Assembly: GCA_963750165.1 (NCBI GenBank) | Contig: CAVVPN010000011.1 | Span: forward strand, 192,001 to 256,000 | Direction: 5' to 3' | Length of the DNA stretch: 64,000 nucleotides | From: an uncultured Gemmataceae bacterium | GTDB taxonomy: Bacteria; Planctomycetota; Planctomycetia; Gemmatales; Gemmataceae | Program-made: the position numbers and the translations under genes | The notes under the pieces: generated by a model | Database searches by the model: none | What the model saw: the letters and a program-made list of their open reading frames with translations, nothing else | Told to the model about the DNA's origin: nothing | Shown here: piece by piece, positions 52,573-64,000 of the stretch | How the letters are laid out: each line of letters begins with the position of its first letter | Numbering within the stretch: the stretch's first letter is position 1

Positions 52573-55414
52573 ATGAGCATGACCTGGACGACCGCCGCCG
52601 CGTGGCTGGCGCACAGCGCCGCCGGCGGGACGCTATTGTTGCTGCTCGCCTGGGGGCTGGCCCGCCGCACGCGCCAGCCGGTTCGCCGCCAGCGCCTGGC
52701 GGAATGGGGCGTTTGCGCGGCGCTCGTCGTCGCCGTCCTCAGCTGGGCCCCCGCCTGGCTCGTCCTTGACTGGGCCGCCTCCGCGCCGGCCGCCGCGGCC
52801 CCGAAACCAACGCCCAGCGCTGTCGAGCTGCCGCCGCCGGAGCCGGCCCCGTTCGTCCCGGGTGAGGTGGTAGCGGAGGCCCCCGACCTGGAATGGGAGG
52901 TCGCCGCCGAGCCGCCGGTCGCGCCGATGCCCGCGCCGCCGCCGGCCGCCACGCCGGCGCCGCTCCTCGACCCGGCGCTGCTGACCGCCGCAATGCCCTG
53001 GTTGGTCGCCGCCTATACGCTGTTCGCGGCCTGGTTCGGCACGCGCTGGCTGCTCGGCCACTGGGCGCTGGCCCGGCTGCTGCGCACCGCCGAGCCCGCC
53101 CCGGAACACGTCGCGCGGCTGTTCACGGCCATGACGCCGGGGACGCGCCGACCGCGGTTGCTGGTGTCGCGCCGCCTGCGCGTGCCGGTCAGCTGCGGGC
53201 TGTGGCGGCCGACGGTGGTGCTGCCGGCGGCCATGTGCGGCTGCCCGGACGCGCAACGCCTGCGCTGGGTCTTCGCCCATGAGTTGACGCACCTGGAGCG
53301 GCTCGACGCCTGGAGTGCGCTGCTGTTCGGCCTGGCGCAGCCGCTGTTTTTCTTCGTGCCGTGGTTCTGGTGGCTGCGGCGGCAGGTGCGGCTCTGCCAG
53401 GAATACATCGCCGACGCGGCCGCGGTCCAGCCACGCCAGGCCGCCGACTACGCGGAATTTTTACTGAGCCTGGTTGCGGCACCGCCAGTGCCGCGGGCCG
53501 CAACTGGCGTGTCCGGTCAATCGTCCGACCTTTACAGGAGGGTAACCATGTTGTTGCAGGAACCGTTGCGGATGGAGAAGCGCTGCCCGCGGCGCTGGTC
53601 GCTGGGCGCGGCCGGCGGGCTGCTGGCGCTGGCGGTGGTGCTGGCCGGCGTCGGCCTGCGCACCGATGCCGTCCAGGCCGCCGCACCCGAGGACGACATC
53701 ATCATCATTATCAAGAAAGCGCCCGACGCCGCGAAGCCGGCCGTCGAGCCGGTCAAGGTGCGGGCCGTGCTCGTGCCGGATCAGGTCAAGAAGGCGGAGG
53801 ACATCGTCATCCTGCACAATTTCGTGCCGGGCCACGGTGACCGGGCGGTGCTGGAAAAGGCCGGCCCCGGGGCGCGGGTGATCTACCGCCGCGTCGGCCC
53901 CGGCGCGGACATTGTCATCAAGCAGCTGGGCATTCCGCCGATCATCTACGAAAAGAACTTCGATCTGAAGCTCGGCGTCAAGCCGGTCGTGGTCGGCGAC
54001 AAGCGCATCGTGATGCTCTGGAAGCAGGCCGACGCTTCGCAGGACGAACTGCGCAAGCGCGCTGGCGCTGCTCGAAAAGCTGGGCGACAAGGCCGACACG
54101 AAGGAGGTCCGCAAACTCCTCCTCAAGGCCCTGGAGAAACTTGAGTCGGGCCCGAGGCACCTTGAGTGGCATCTGGCCCCTGCAGGCGCCCCGCCGAAGG
54201 GTCTGCTGATTGAGGTGGTGCCGCCCCACGTCCAGCCGCCGGTACAGCTGGGCGAGAAAGTCAAGATCCTCCGGCCCGGTGACAAGTTCGACCCGAAACA
54301 ATTCGCGCCCGGGGACCGTATCAGGATCATTCGGCCGGTTGACCCCGCCATCGGCAAACCCGTTCAGATTGAACCGCATCAGATTGAACTGGAACTGAAG
54401 TTGCCGAAGGGCGCCGAGATCGACGGCAAGTTGATGGAGCAGCTGCACAAGGCACTGGCGGCGCGGGATCGGACGAAGGCCCGGGAAATGATCGACAAGA
54501 TAGTGGCGGTCCAGGCGCAAACGGACGCGCGGCTGGAGGAGTTTAAGAGGGCGATGGCTCAAGCACGCGCCGATCTGGACTTGCTACGGCAGCAGAAGGC
54601 CCGTGCTCTGAGCGAGGAGCAGAAGGCCCGTCAGGAGTGGGTGGAACGGATGGCAAAGAAGGGGCTTATGCCGCAGACTTCCCAGAAGGTATTGGGCCTC
54701 TCGGTGGAGAAGCCGCCGGCGGTGGTGGCCGACCAGCTGAACCTGCCCAGGGGAATGGGCCTGGTCGTAACCGATGTGCTCAAGGGCAGTTCCGCGCAGA
54801 AGGCCGGCTTCCAGGTCAACGACGTGCTGCTGTCGGTCGCCGACCACGCCGTCCCCAGTGAGCCGAAGGCCCTGCAGGATTTGCTCGCCGAGCTGAAGCC
54901 CGGCACGGCCTTCGACGTGACGCTGCTGCGCAAGGGGGCCAAAATGACGCTGCACGGCTTAAAACTTTCGTCGGTGAGCACCCCGGCTGCGTTCAATCCT
55001 CAGAAAGAAGGGCCGCTGCTGCCCAAGGATCCCGTCGCCGTTCCGAAAATGCCGCCGGTGATCGGCCAGAAAGGCATCGTGGCCGACGGCGACAAAAACG
55101 TGCTGACAACTACCTTCCGTGCCGGGGACCGCTTCACGATGCGGCGCCAGGAAGGCTCGCTGGTCATCACGGTGACCGGCAAAATCGCCGGCGGTAAGGC
55201 CCAGGTGGGCGAGGTACACGTCCAGGACGGGGCCGTGGTGGGCAAGTACCGCAGCCTGGCGGAGGTGCCGGTACAGTACCGCGACAAGGCGGCGCACCTG
55301 ATCCAGCTCAGCGCCCGCCCCCCGGCGCGGACGCCGACGCCGTACTACGTGCCCGTCGTGCCGCCCACACCCAAGGTGCCGGACGCGCCCATCATGCCGC
55401 CCGCGATTCGGTGA
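52573..55414 (+). CDS. BlaR1/M56 peptidase sensor with C-terminal PDZ domain (frameshift near 54055)
   Basis: TM helices, FAHELTHL, QEYIAD; LGL...GLVVTDVLKGSSAQKAGFQVNDVLL. Confidence 0.8.
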
Positions 55415-55501
55415 CCGCGACGCAATGGTAATGCGCGCAACGCCGGCCGGCACTCCCGAGGCCGCGCCGGCGTTGTTCGCTTCCCCCTACCCAGGTGCCC
55501 C

Positions 55502-55817
55502 ATGCGCGGCCGCAGACCCAAACCCTTGACCCTGCCCGCAACGGAGCGGGTGGTGCTGGAGTGGATCGCTCATAACCCGGCGCTGCCGGGCTATCAGCGG
55601 GCACGCGCTGCAGCTGGTGCTGGCGCTGACGGACGGGGCGCGGGTCCAGGATCTGGCCCAGCGCTTCGATTGCGTGAGTTCGACGGTGTGGCGGGTGCGG
55701 CGGCGCTACGAGTGCGGCGGCCTGTCGGAATTGCTGGCCGATGGGCGGCGCAAAGACTTGCTGCTGCGAACCTGCACCGGGTATTTCGCGGCGGAAGCCA
55801 GCCCCTGCGCCGGATAA
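55502..55817 (+). pseudogene. IS630-like N-terminal HTH fragment
   Basis: GRRPKPLTL...RARA, then VQDLAQRFDCVSSTVWRVRRRYECGGL in a shifted frame. Confidence 0.55.
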
Positions 55818-56013
55818 CTTTGTTCAGGCATCAGACTTTCGCTAACGCTTCAGGTCGCATCTACGGCAAACACTGATTTATGTGAGAAAATAAATTTGCA
55901 GTTGCAATCCGCGAAACTCCGCGATACCTTCAAACCATCCTTTCAGAAGTTTTTCCCTGTTTCACATGAATTTCCCGTTCCGCCGCAACGAGTTGATTCG
56001 CTGAGGTGATGCC

Positions 56014-56208
56014 ATGCAAAGGGAACAAGAGGATCGGTTCGTAGTGTTCGTCCGTGCCGACCGCGACCCCGAGCGGCCGGAGGTCAACGAACGGCCCTTC
56101 ACGACCTGTACCACTTACGCTGACGCCAAACGGATTCGCCGCGGGCTGCACCTGCTCAACCGTGCCTGCGTCATCCGTTACGAAGGCGAGACCGGCGGCA
56201 GCGATTAG
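56014..56208 (+). CDS. Small hypothetical protein
   Basis: GAGGTG RBS, 64-aa ORF. Confidence 0.6.
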   Translation: MQREQEDRFVVFVRADRDPERPEVNERPFTTCTTYADAKRIRRGLHLLNRACVIRYEGETGGSD

Positions 56209-56324
56209 GCATTGGGCATGAGTGATTCGGGTGGGAGCGCCAGGCGTTTCTCCTGGCGCTCCCGCCTGTCTCTGGATTCCTGACCGGCCACGACGAGCGC
56301 CGAGCTGCAAAACAGCAGGAAGCC

Positions 56325-57701
56325 TCACTTCGCGGACTTTCGGGCGGCCTCGATGCAGTACAGCCAGTCGGTGCCGCGCAACAACAAGCGGTCGCCGTCC
56401 ACCGCGGGCGACGCCCAGAACATGCCGCCATCCACCTTGTTCTGCGCCAGCAACTTGAACTTCTCTCCCGCCTGCACCACGAAGGTCTGGCCATCCTCGT
56501 CGAGTACGTAAATCTTGCCGTCGGCCGCCCACGGTGACGCGGTGATGCCGCGCGCGTCCGGCAGCCGGCCCCTGTACAGTTCCTTGCCCGTTGCGGCGTC
56601 GAAGCACGCCAGCACGCCCTTGTTCGCCACGTACAACCGGCCCTGGTACACCAGCGGCGACGCCATGTACGGCCCCGACCGCGACTTCACCCAGGCGACG
56701 CCTGCGCTCGACGTGGCCCCGCCTCGCGGTGTGATGTCGCCGGACGCCCCCGCCTTCACCGCGTACAGCGTGGCGGTGCCGAACGGCGGCGTGTGGCCGA
56801 AGTAGATGCGTTCGCCGTCCGCGGTCGGCGACGCCTGGAACGACGCCGTGATGCCGTGCAGTTCCCACAGCACCTTGCCCGTCGCCGGGTCGTAGCTGGT
56901 GACGCCGCCGGAGCCACAGGCCACCACCTCGGTGCGCTGCTTTGTCCGCCACACGAACGGCGTGCTCCACGACGATTTCGCCCTGCGGTTCACCCGCCAC
57001 ACTTCGCCGCCGGTCTTCGCGTCCAGCGCGACCAGGAACGACTTCTGTTCGTTATCGCACTGCACGAACAGCCGGCCGTCCGCCAGCGCCGGCGAACTGC
57101 CGGTGCCCAGGGCCATGCCCATCGGGTACGAGCCCAGCTCCTTCTTCCACAGCAGCTGGCCGCCCAGGTCATAGCAGTAGACGCCGACCATGCCGAAGTA
57201 GGCGAAGACGCGCTCGCCGTCCGTTGCCGGCGTCTCGCTGGCGTAGGTGTTGGTCGCGTGGGTGGGAATGCTCGGCTTGCGCTCGGCGGCAACTTTTTTC
57301 CACAGCGGTTTGCCAGTGGCCCGGTCGAGGCAGTGGACTTCCCAGCGGTACACCTCGTTCGGCCCCTTGCCGAAGCCACCTTTGCCGAAGCCGCCCTTGC
57401 CGAAGCCGCCCTTGCCGAAGCCACCTTTGCCGAAGCCGCCGGCGTCGGGCGTTGGCTTCTTCTGCTTGTCGCTGACCGCGGTGGTCACGAAAATCTTGTC
57501 GCCGACGACGATCGGTTGCGACCAGGCGACGCCGGGCACGCGCACCTTCCAGGCGACGTTGCTGGTGTTGTCCCAGGCCATCGGGGGCTTGGCCCTGTCA
57601 GCGAGGCTGTTGCCGGTCGGACCGCGGAACTGCGGCCAGTCCGCCCAGGCGGCGGCGCACGTCAGCAACAGACTCAGGGCGGCGAAGTAGCGTAAGGACA
57701 T
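56325..57701 (-). CDS. PQQ-like/BamB beta-propeller exported protein
   Basis: DWPQFRGP, WSQPIV, ASETPATDG, SSWSTP, WASPA. Confidence 0.9.
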   Translation of the reverse strand: MSLRYFAALSLLLTCAAAWADWPQFRGPTGNSLADRAKPPMAWDNTSNVAWKVRVPGVAWSQPIVVGDKIFVTTAVSDKQKKPTPDAGGFGKGGFGKGGFGKGGFGKGGFGKGPNEVYRWEVHCLDRATGKPLWKKVAAERKPSIPTHATNTYASETPATDGERVFAYFGMVGVYCYDLGGQLLWKKELGSYPMGMALGTGSSPALADGRLFVQCDNEQKSFLVALDAKTGGEVWRVNRRAKSSWSTPFVWRTKQRTEVVACGSGGVTSYDPATGKVLWELHGITASFQASPTADGERIYFGHTPPFGTATLYAVKAGASGDITPRGGATSSAGVAWVKSRSGPYMASPLVYQGRLYVANKGVLACFDAATGKELYRGRLPDARGITASPWAADGKIYVLDEDGQTFVVQAGEKFKLLAQNKVDGGMFWASPAVDGDRLLLRGTDWLYCIEAARKSAK

Positions 57702-57844
57702 GATGAGCTTCCTTCCTGATGCATGAGGGGGCCAATAGGAAAGCGTAGCGGCTGCGCGATGAGAGAATGATGAATAGATGAGAGCCGTTCACGACAGCCT
57801 TCGTTGGTGCCATCTTACCTGCAACCCGCCTCATCCCGCAAGCC

Positions 57845-60800
57845 TCACGACCGCCCCGCCACCACCGGCGTCCCAGCGCCGTTCGCCTCCGGCACCGCCG
57901 CCGTCTGCGGATCGTCCGGCCAGTCCTCGAAGCGCACCGACACGCGCTTGCTGATGCCCGACTCCTGCATGGTGATGCCGTACAGCACGTCCGCGGTCGC
58001 CATTGTCTTCTTCGAGTGCGTGATAATGATGAACTGCGACAGCACCAAAAACTCGCGCAGCACCGCCGAGAAGCGGCCGATGTTGGCCTCGTCCAGCGCC
58101 GCGTCCACCTCGTCGAGCAGGCAGAACGGGCTCGGCCGGCTGCGGAAAATCGCCAGCAGCAGCGCCACCGCCGTCATCGTCTTTTCGCCGCCGGACATGA
58201 GCGAAATGCTCCGCAGTTCCTTGCCCGGCGGCCGCGCGATGATCTCGATGCCGCTCTCCAGGATGTCCGCCTCGTCCTCCAGCACCACATCCGCCAGGCC
58301 GCCGCCGAATAGCTTGCGGAACAACTCCTGGAAGTGCGTGCGGATGGTCGCGAACGTCTCCGTGAACAGCCGCCGGCTGTCGGCGTTGATCTTGTTGATG
58401 ATCTCCTCCAGCGACCGCTTGGCGGCGGCCAGGTCGTCGTACTGCGCCTGCAGCGTGGCCGCCCGCGTCTCCAGTTCGCTCAGTTCCTGGAGCGATTCGA
58501 GGTTGACGCTGCCCAAACGGTTCAGCTTCTTGCGCAACTCCGTGATCTCGTCGTTGGCCGCCGCCGCGTTCAGCGCCAGCACAACGGCGACCGCCTCCGC
58601 CGCGGCGTTCGTCTCCACCGTGGCCGGCGCCACCTCGGGCAGCGCCGCGTCCACCGGCACCGCTTCCGGGATCGCCTCCAGCTTCGCCTGAAACTCCTGA
58701 TACAACTGGGCCAGTTCCAGTTGATAGTCCTCACGCAGCCGATCCGCCAGCGTGCCGAGGCGGTGCCGCAGATCGTTCACTTGCAACTCCAGGGCGTGGA
58801 CCTGCTCCTGCTGCGCCCGCCATTCGCCGCGCAATTGCTGGGCCAGGTTCGCCAGCCGCGTTCGCTCCTGGCGGTGCCCGGCCCGCTGCCGCGTCAGCTC
58901 GCCGACGCGCCGCCCCGCCGCCTCCTTGTCCAGGTAGTGCTGCGCCAGCGCCGCCGACGCCTGCAACATTGCCCGTTGACTGTCCGTCAACCGCGCCCGC
59001 AGCGCGTTCACCTGCTCCTGACCCTGGGCGTGCTCCGCCCGCCGCTGCTGCAAATCCTGCTCGCGCTGCTGGCACTGGCCGCGCAGGGCCGTTAACCGCT
59101 CCTCGGCCTTCGCCAGCGCCACCTTGGCCTGCGTCACTTCCTGCTGCCGCTGGTGTCGCTCCTGCTCGCGCGTGCGCGTCTCGTGGTCGGCCTCTTCGAC
59201 TCGCGTCTGCAGCGCCTGCACCTGGGCCTCCGCAGCCGCCGCCGCGGCGCTGGCCGCCTGGTACAATTGCTCCAGCCGCGCCACCTCGCTTTCGACGCGC
59301 TGGATTTCGTTGTGGTTGTCGGTCACCTCCTCGTGCAGCCCCTGGCGGCGGTCGCGGTGCTGCTCCAGACGGGCACGCAGGTCGGCGGACTGCTCGGCCA
59401 GCACGGTGATCTCCTGCTCCCGCGCGGTCACGTCCACGTCCAGTTCGCCCAACCGCTCGCGCAGTTCGGCCAGGTCGCGCTCCGTCTCCGTCAGCCGGCG
59501 GTCCAGGTCGGCGATCTGCAACCGCAGTTCGCGCAGCTCGCTTTTGCGTGACAGAATGCCCGTCTCGGCGTGGTGCGTGCCGACCGTCAGCGTGCCGTCC
59601 GGCTCCAGCAGTTCGCCCTGCAGCGTCACCAGTCGGTAACCGCTGGTGTGAGCCGCGATGGCGCGGGCGCTGGCCAGGTCGCGGACGATGAGCGTCCGCG
59701 CCAGCAGCTGCGCCGGCAGGTCGCTCAGTTCGGGGTGCTCGCAGTCTGACGACCGCCACCGCCGGCGCCACGACACCGGGGTGCGCCGGCGTCCCTTCCG
59801 CCGACATGGGCAGGCGCACGCGGCCCGGCGGCGACACCGCCGGCAGCCGGTTGGGCTGCCGCTCGGCGGCCGGCTCGTGCAGCGGCAGGAAGCTGACGCG
59901 GCCGGAGAACGGTTGCCCGCGGCGGGCCAGTTCCGCATCGAGTCGGGCCGGATCGCGCACCAGGAAGCGCTGCGACCAGTCGCCCAGCGCCAGATCGATG
60001 AGCGGGGCGTATTCGCGGCGCACCGTCAGGAAGTCCGCGATCATGCCGAGGACGTTGCGCCACGGCCCCGGCCCCGGCTGTTCGATCAGGCGGACCACCT
60101 CACGGACCCCGCTGCCCAGGCCCTCGTGGCTGCGCTCCAGTCCCTCCAGCAGTTCGATGCGGCTCGCCAGGCCGCTGCGCTGTTGCCGCAATTGCGACAT
60201 CGACTCAGCCGTCTCGTCGTGCAACTGCCGCAAGCGCTCGCGCTGCTGTTTTTGCTCCGCCAGCGTCTGCCGCGCGTCGATCAGCTGCCGCTGCAACTCC
60301 GCCTCTGCCTCGGTCAGTTCCTGCAACTCCACGTCGAGCGACGCCAGATTCTCGGCGGCCTGGGCGGTCTTCAGACGTAGCCGCTCGCGTTCGCGGCGGA
60401 GGTTGTCTGTCTGCGCCTTGTGGCCGATGGCGTCGTTGTGCAGGTGGGCGGCGCGGCGCATCTGGTCCAGGTGCTCCGCCTGGTCGGCCTGAATCTGCGT
60501 GTGCAGGTCCGCCAGCCGGGCCACCGTCGCCCGCAGGCCGTCCTCCAGACCGCGCACGCCCTGCCGCTGCCGTTCACCCTCCGTTTCCGCCGCCGTCAAC
60601 TCCTGCCGCACCCGCCCCACGCCCGCCGCCAGCTCCGCGACACGCCCGCGCACTCCCGCCAGCCGCACCCGCGTCTGCGCCAGCTCCGTGTCCAGGTCCG
60701 CCGACTGCTTGCCCTCGTAGCCGACGCGCCACTCCGCCGTCTTGATCCGCTGCCGGGCCTCCACCAGCTCCGTTTCCTGGACGCGCAACTGCTCGTCCAG

Positions 60801-61631
60801 CTCCGCGAGCACCGTCTCCAGCCGCTGCGCCTCCGCCTCCCAGCCTGCCGCCTGACTGGTCCGCGCCTCCAGTTCGGACTTCTGCCGTTCCAGTGTGTCC
60901 GTCTGCGCCGCCAGTTGCCCGGACAGCTGGTGACACTCCTGCAAACCCAGGGCAATGCGCAACTCACGCAGCCGGCCGGTGTACTCCTGGTAGCGCTGTG
61001 CCTTGGCCGCCTGCAATTTCACGCTGCGCAGCTGCTTCTCCACCTCGTCGATGATGTCGCGCAGCCGCTGCACGTTCTGATCGACGCGCTCCAGTTTGCG
61101 CAGCGTCTCGGTCTTGCGGGCCTTGAAGCGGCTGATGCCGGCCGCCTCCTCGAAGATGGTGCGCCGGTCCTTCGTGGACGCCTGCAACAGCACGTCCACG
61201 CGGCCCTGCTCGATGATGCAGTAAGCGTCCGTGCCGGCGCCGCTGCCCAGGAACAGGTCCTTGATGTCCTTGAGCCGGCAGACCTGCTGGTTGATGAGGT
61301 ATTCGCCCTCGCCGCTGCGGTAGACGCGGCGCGTGATCTGCACTTCCTCGGAGTCGGTGGCCAGGACGCGGCGGCGGTTGTCAAAGGTCATGGTGACCTC
61401 CGCCAGGCCCAGGCTGCGCCGCGACGCCGAGCCGTTGAAGATCACGTCCGTCATCTCGCCGCCGCGCAGGCTCTTGGCGCTCTGCTCGCCCAGAATCCAG
61501 CGCACCGCATCGACAATGTTCGACTTACCCGACCCATTTGGTCCCACAATTGCGGTGATGCCGTCGCCGAAGTCGAAGACCGTCCTGTCTGCGAAGCTCT
61601 TGAAGCCCGCCAGTTCGAGTCGCTTGAGCAT
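57845..61631 (-). CDS. smc: Chromosome partition protein Smc (frameshift near 59745)
   Basis: [22 protein letters not shown] hinge, [19 protein letters not shown]. Confidence 0.97.
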
Positions 61632-61768
61632 GGGGCCTCCTCAACGGGTGCGCATGATGTGGGGCCGACAACAGCAATCTACCAGATTTCAGAGCCCGAG
61701 CGCCAGCGCGGGGCAGCGTTGGCCCCGCGCTGGCGCTCGGGCTCCGACCCGGTACTGGCCCCGCGACC

Positions 61769-63733
61769 TCAGTTGCCGGCCGGCCCGCGGCGCGGCGGCG
61801 GCGCCGGCTCCTCCGGGAGGTCCTCGACGACATACGTCCGCTGGCCGCCGCGCTGGAACGGCAGCGGCGTCGCCCCGCTGTCCTCCGGGCTGACGAACGG
61901 CGCCGGCGTCGCCGCCAGGTAGCGCGGCGTCTTGCCCTCGCTGGCCAGCACTTCAACCGGCAGCGCCTGCGGCAGCGCGTCCACGGCCACGGTGCAGCCC
62001 GGCAGGCACCGGGCCAGTTCCACCTGCTTGAGCAGGTCCACCGCCTCGCCGTACTGGCCGCCCAGGTCCGCCATGGTCCGTAGCACATCCTCCAGGCGGA
62101 ACGAGCACTGCTTGGTGAGGGGCGTGCGGTTCGGTCCCAGTTCGTAGCGGCTGATGGTGCAGCGGTCGTCGTTGGCCGCCGCCACCACCGTGAACTCCCC
62201 GACCAGCAACCGCAGCGGCGCCGCCAACCGCGGCTCCTCGCCGAACAGCACGAGTTCCGGCCGGCTGCCGGTGGAGATATGCACCAGCGCCTGCGCCGCC
62301 GTCGGCGCCGCCCGGTGCAGCCAGTACGAGTCGTTCAGCAACTCGCCGCGGACGGCAGCGATATGGTCGAAGCCCCCGTCCATGATCCGCAGCCCCTTGA
62401 AGGCCCCGTAGCGCATCTCCGGGTTCGGGCTGTACAGCAGGCCCTCCAGGCGGACACGGCAGGCGTGCTCGTTCAGGCTCGCCAGGGCCGTCAGACCGTA
62501 GGCCCGCAGCACGTCGTACTGCTCGCTCAGCCGGGCCAGTTCATCGACGCCGCCGGTGTTCTCCAGGTAGGCCAGGGCCTCGGCGGCCGCGAAGCGCACC
62601 AGGGCGTATGGGCTTTTGAGGCCGGGTTCCAGGAACGACACACTATCTCGGCCCAGCGCCTCCAGCCGCAGCGCGGCGCTGATCGTACGCTCGGGATCCA
62701 GCAACATCTGCGCCAGCCGTTGGCGGTACTTCGTCTGCACCTCCATGCTCTCGCGCAACGGAATGAACCGGGCCACGCGGAGGTAGCGCTCCGGGTTGAG
62801 GCGGTAAACATGCGGCACCTGGGCGTAGACGACATCCTTGGTGATGGCCTTGGCGGTCTCGCCGCGGCTGGTCGGACTGGGGCGAAACTTGTCGTTGAGC
62901 TGGCCGGTCACCTCGTCGAGCACCATGAGCCGCTTGTGAAGCAGCACCTCCTCGCGCTTGCGGGCATCGTTGGGGAACATCAGGTTGATGCGTTCGGCGA
63001 CCGAGTTGGCGACGCGGGCGAAGCTCTGGTCCTTCTTGAGCACCAGGGCGAGCGGCCGGTCGATCAGCGACACGCCGCCCTCCCAGACGACGCCGTGTTT
63101 GAGCCGGGAAGTGTCGTCGCCGGCGCCCAGACCGACCAGCACCGGGCCGCGGGCCACGCCCAGGATGTGGCCCGGCAGCAGCATGTCGCTGCCCTGGTAC
63201 TGCGGGCTGATATTGCGCTTGGAGTCGTAGTTGCGCAGGACGGTCTGCTGCAGATAGCCGCCGCGCAGGCTGATGACCTTGCTGCCCTGCGGCAGCGAAA
63301 CCTGCAGGTCGATGGTGTCGCCCTTGCGGGCGCCGGCGGGGATGATGCCGGTGAGCAGCACCACGGCCGTATTGGGCGATTGCAGCAGCTCCTCGACGCC
63401 CTGGACGCGCTGCTTGAGCAACTGCTGCTTGAGCAGGTTGGTATAGCCGTCGCGCGGCGGGCCGCCGCCGGTGCCGTCGAGGTTGACGACCAGGCCGACG
63501 CCGCTGACCTGGATGGGTGTGAGGTTGGCCGGGTCGGTCACGTCGCCGATGGTCTTGATCTGCTTGTAGTCGAAGCGATTTTCGGGCTCCTCGGGGGCCT
63601 GGCCGCGGGGGATGATCGACTGGCAACCGGCCAACCCCAGGAACAGCGCCCCCGCCAGCAGGCCGGCGGCGGCCCCCAGGGGCAACAGGCCGCGGCAGCC
63701 GCGCCGCACCAACCACGCTCTGCGCTGGTTCAT
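61769..63733 (-). CDS. FlgI (P-ring)-like lipoprotein with HEAT-like region
   Basis: LAGC lipobox; VSGVGLVVNLDGTG, ARKGDTID, SLRGGYL; VRFAAAEALAYL. Confidence 0.8.
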   Translation of the reverse strand: MNQRRAWLVRRGCRGLLPLGAAAGLLAGALFLGLAGCQSIIPRGQAPEEPENRFDYKQIKTIGDVTDPANLTPIQVSGVGLVVNLDGTGGGPPRDGYTNLLKQQLLKQRVQGVEELLQSPNTAVVLLTGIIPAGARKGDTIDLQVSLPQGSKVISLRGGYLQQTVLRNYDSKRNISPQYQGSDMLLPGHILGVARGPVLVGLGAGDDTSRLKHGVVWEGGVSLIDRPLALVLKKDQSFARVANSVAERINLMFPNDARKREEVLLHKRLMVLDEVTGQLNDKFRPSPTSRGETAKAITKDVVYAQVPHVYRLNPERYLRVARFIPLRESMEVQTKYRQRLAQMLLDPERTISAALRLEALGRDSVSFLEPGLKSPYALVRFAAAEALAYLENTGGVDELARLSEQYDVLRAYGLTALASLNEHACRVRLEGLLYSPNPEMRYGAFKGLRIMDGGFDHIAAVRGELLNDSYWLHRAAPTAAQALVHISTGSRPELVLFGEEPRLAAPLRLLVGEFTVVAAANDDRCTISRYELGPNRTPLTKQCSFRLEDVLRTMADLGGQYGEAVDLLKQVELARCLPGCTVAVDALPQALPVEVLASEGKTPRYLAATPAPFVSPEDSGATPLPFQRGGQRTYVVEDLPEEPAPPPRRGPAGN

Positions 63734-64000
63734 GGCTTCCTCGCACGTGGGTGCGCACCCACGCCCCGCCACGGCGGAACCGGCGCGCACAGACCGGGTT
63801 CTGGAAATTGGCTTTGAGAGCGGGGTGAATACGGTTTTGCTCAAGCCGTGTCAAGAGCAGACCGACGCGGGGTGTGCCTTGCTGGCCCAGTCGTGTGTTT
63901 CGGGGTTGTGGATAGGGAATCTGCGCTACCCCGAGCGCTGGCAGGGGGGTCTGTGAGATGATACGAGATGCAAGCCCTCCCTGGCACTCCCCTTATTATT

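Noticed and set aside
3700..59760. Programmed frameshifting or true pseudogenes for tal, pckA, smc
   Set aside because: No slippery motifs recognised, genes otherwise intact; error pattern is widespread.

Overview
GC-rich bacterial chromosome segment, probably from a planctomycete (inferred from the DUF1549/DUF1553-DUF1501 pair, PQQ-like propeller, BlaI/M56 pair, FlgI-like lipoprotein and LRR protein style). Housekeeping genes (tal, pckA, infC-rpmI-rplT-pheS-pheT, smc) flank a ~19.9 kb integrative element inserted in tRNA-Gln(TTG), bounded by an exact 45-bp direct repeat (13823-13867 and 33644-33688). The element has a tyrosine integrase, a primase-helicase, several HTH/zinc-finger proteins, an orphan Rhs C-terminal toxin plus LRR gene, a two-transposase IS481-like unit, a MITE, an IS66 remnant and an XRE/SWIM/ART-like switch module. 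It has no recognisable capsid, tail or conjugation genes. Main observation: the att core lies inside the integrase reading frame. Integrated, Int ends in a 10-aa tail read from the antisense tRNA; the reconstructed excised circle fuses it in frame to a 61-aa tail (...DLARLIDAWPNLPEHVRRAIITLADSCK) encoded 19.8 kb away at the other end of the element. Second, the matching transposon TIRs face outward in the chromosome and enclose the element backbone only in the circular form, which suggests transposon-end-mediated capture of the toxin cargo. Many genes carry single frameshifts that are probably sequencing errors. All family assignments are by eye from motifs; no searches were run.
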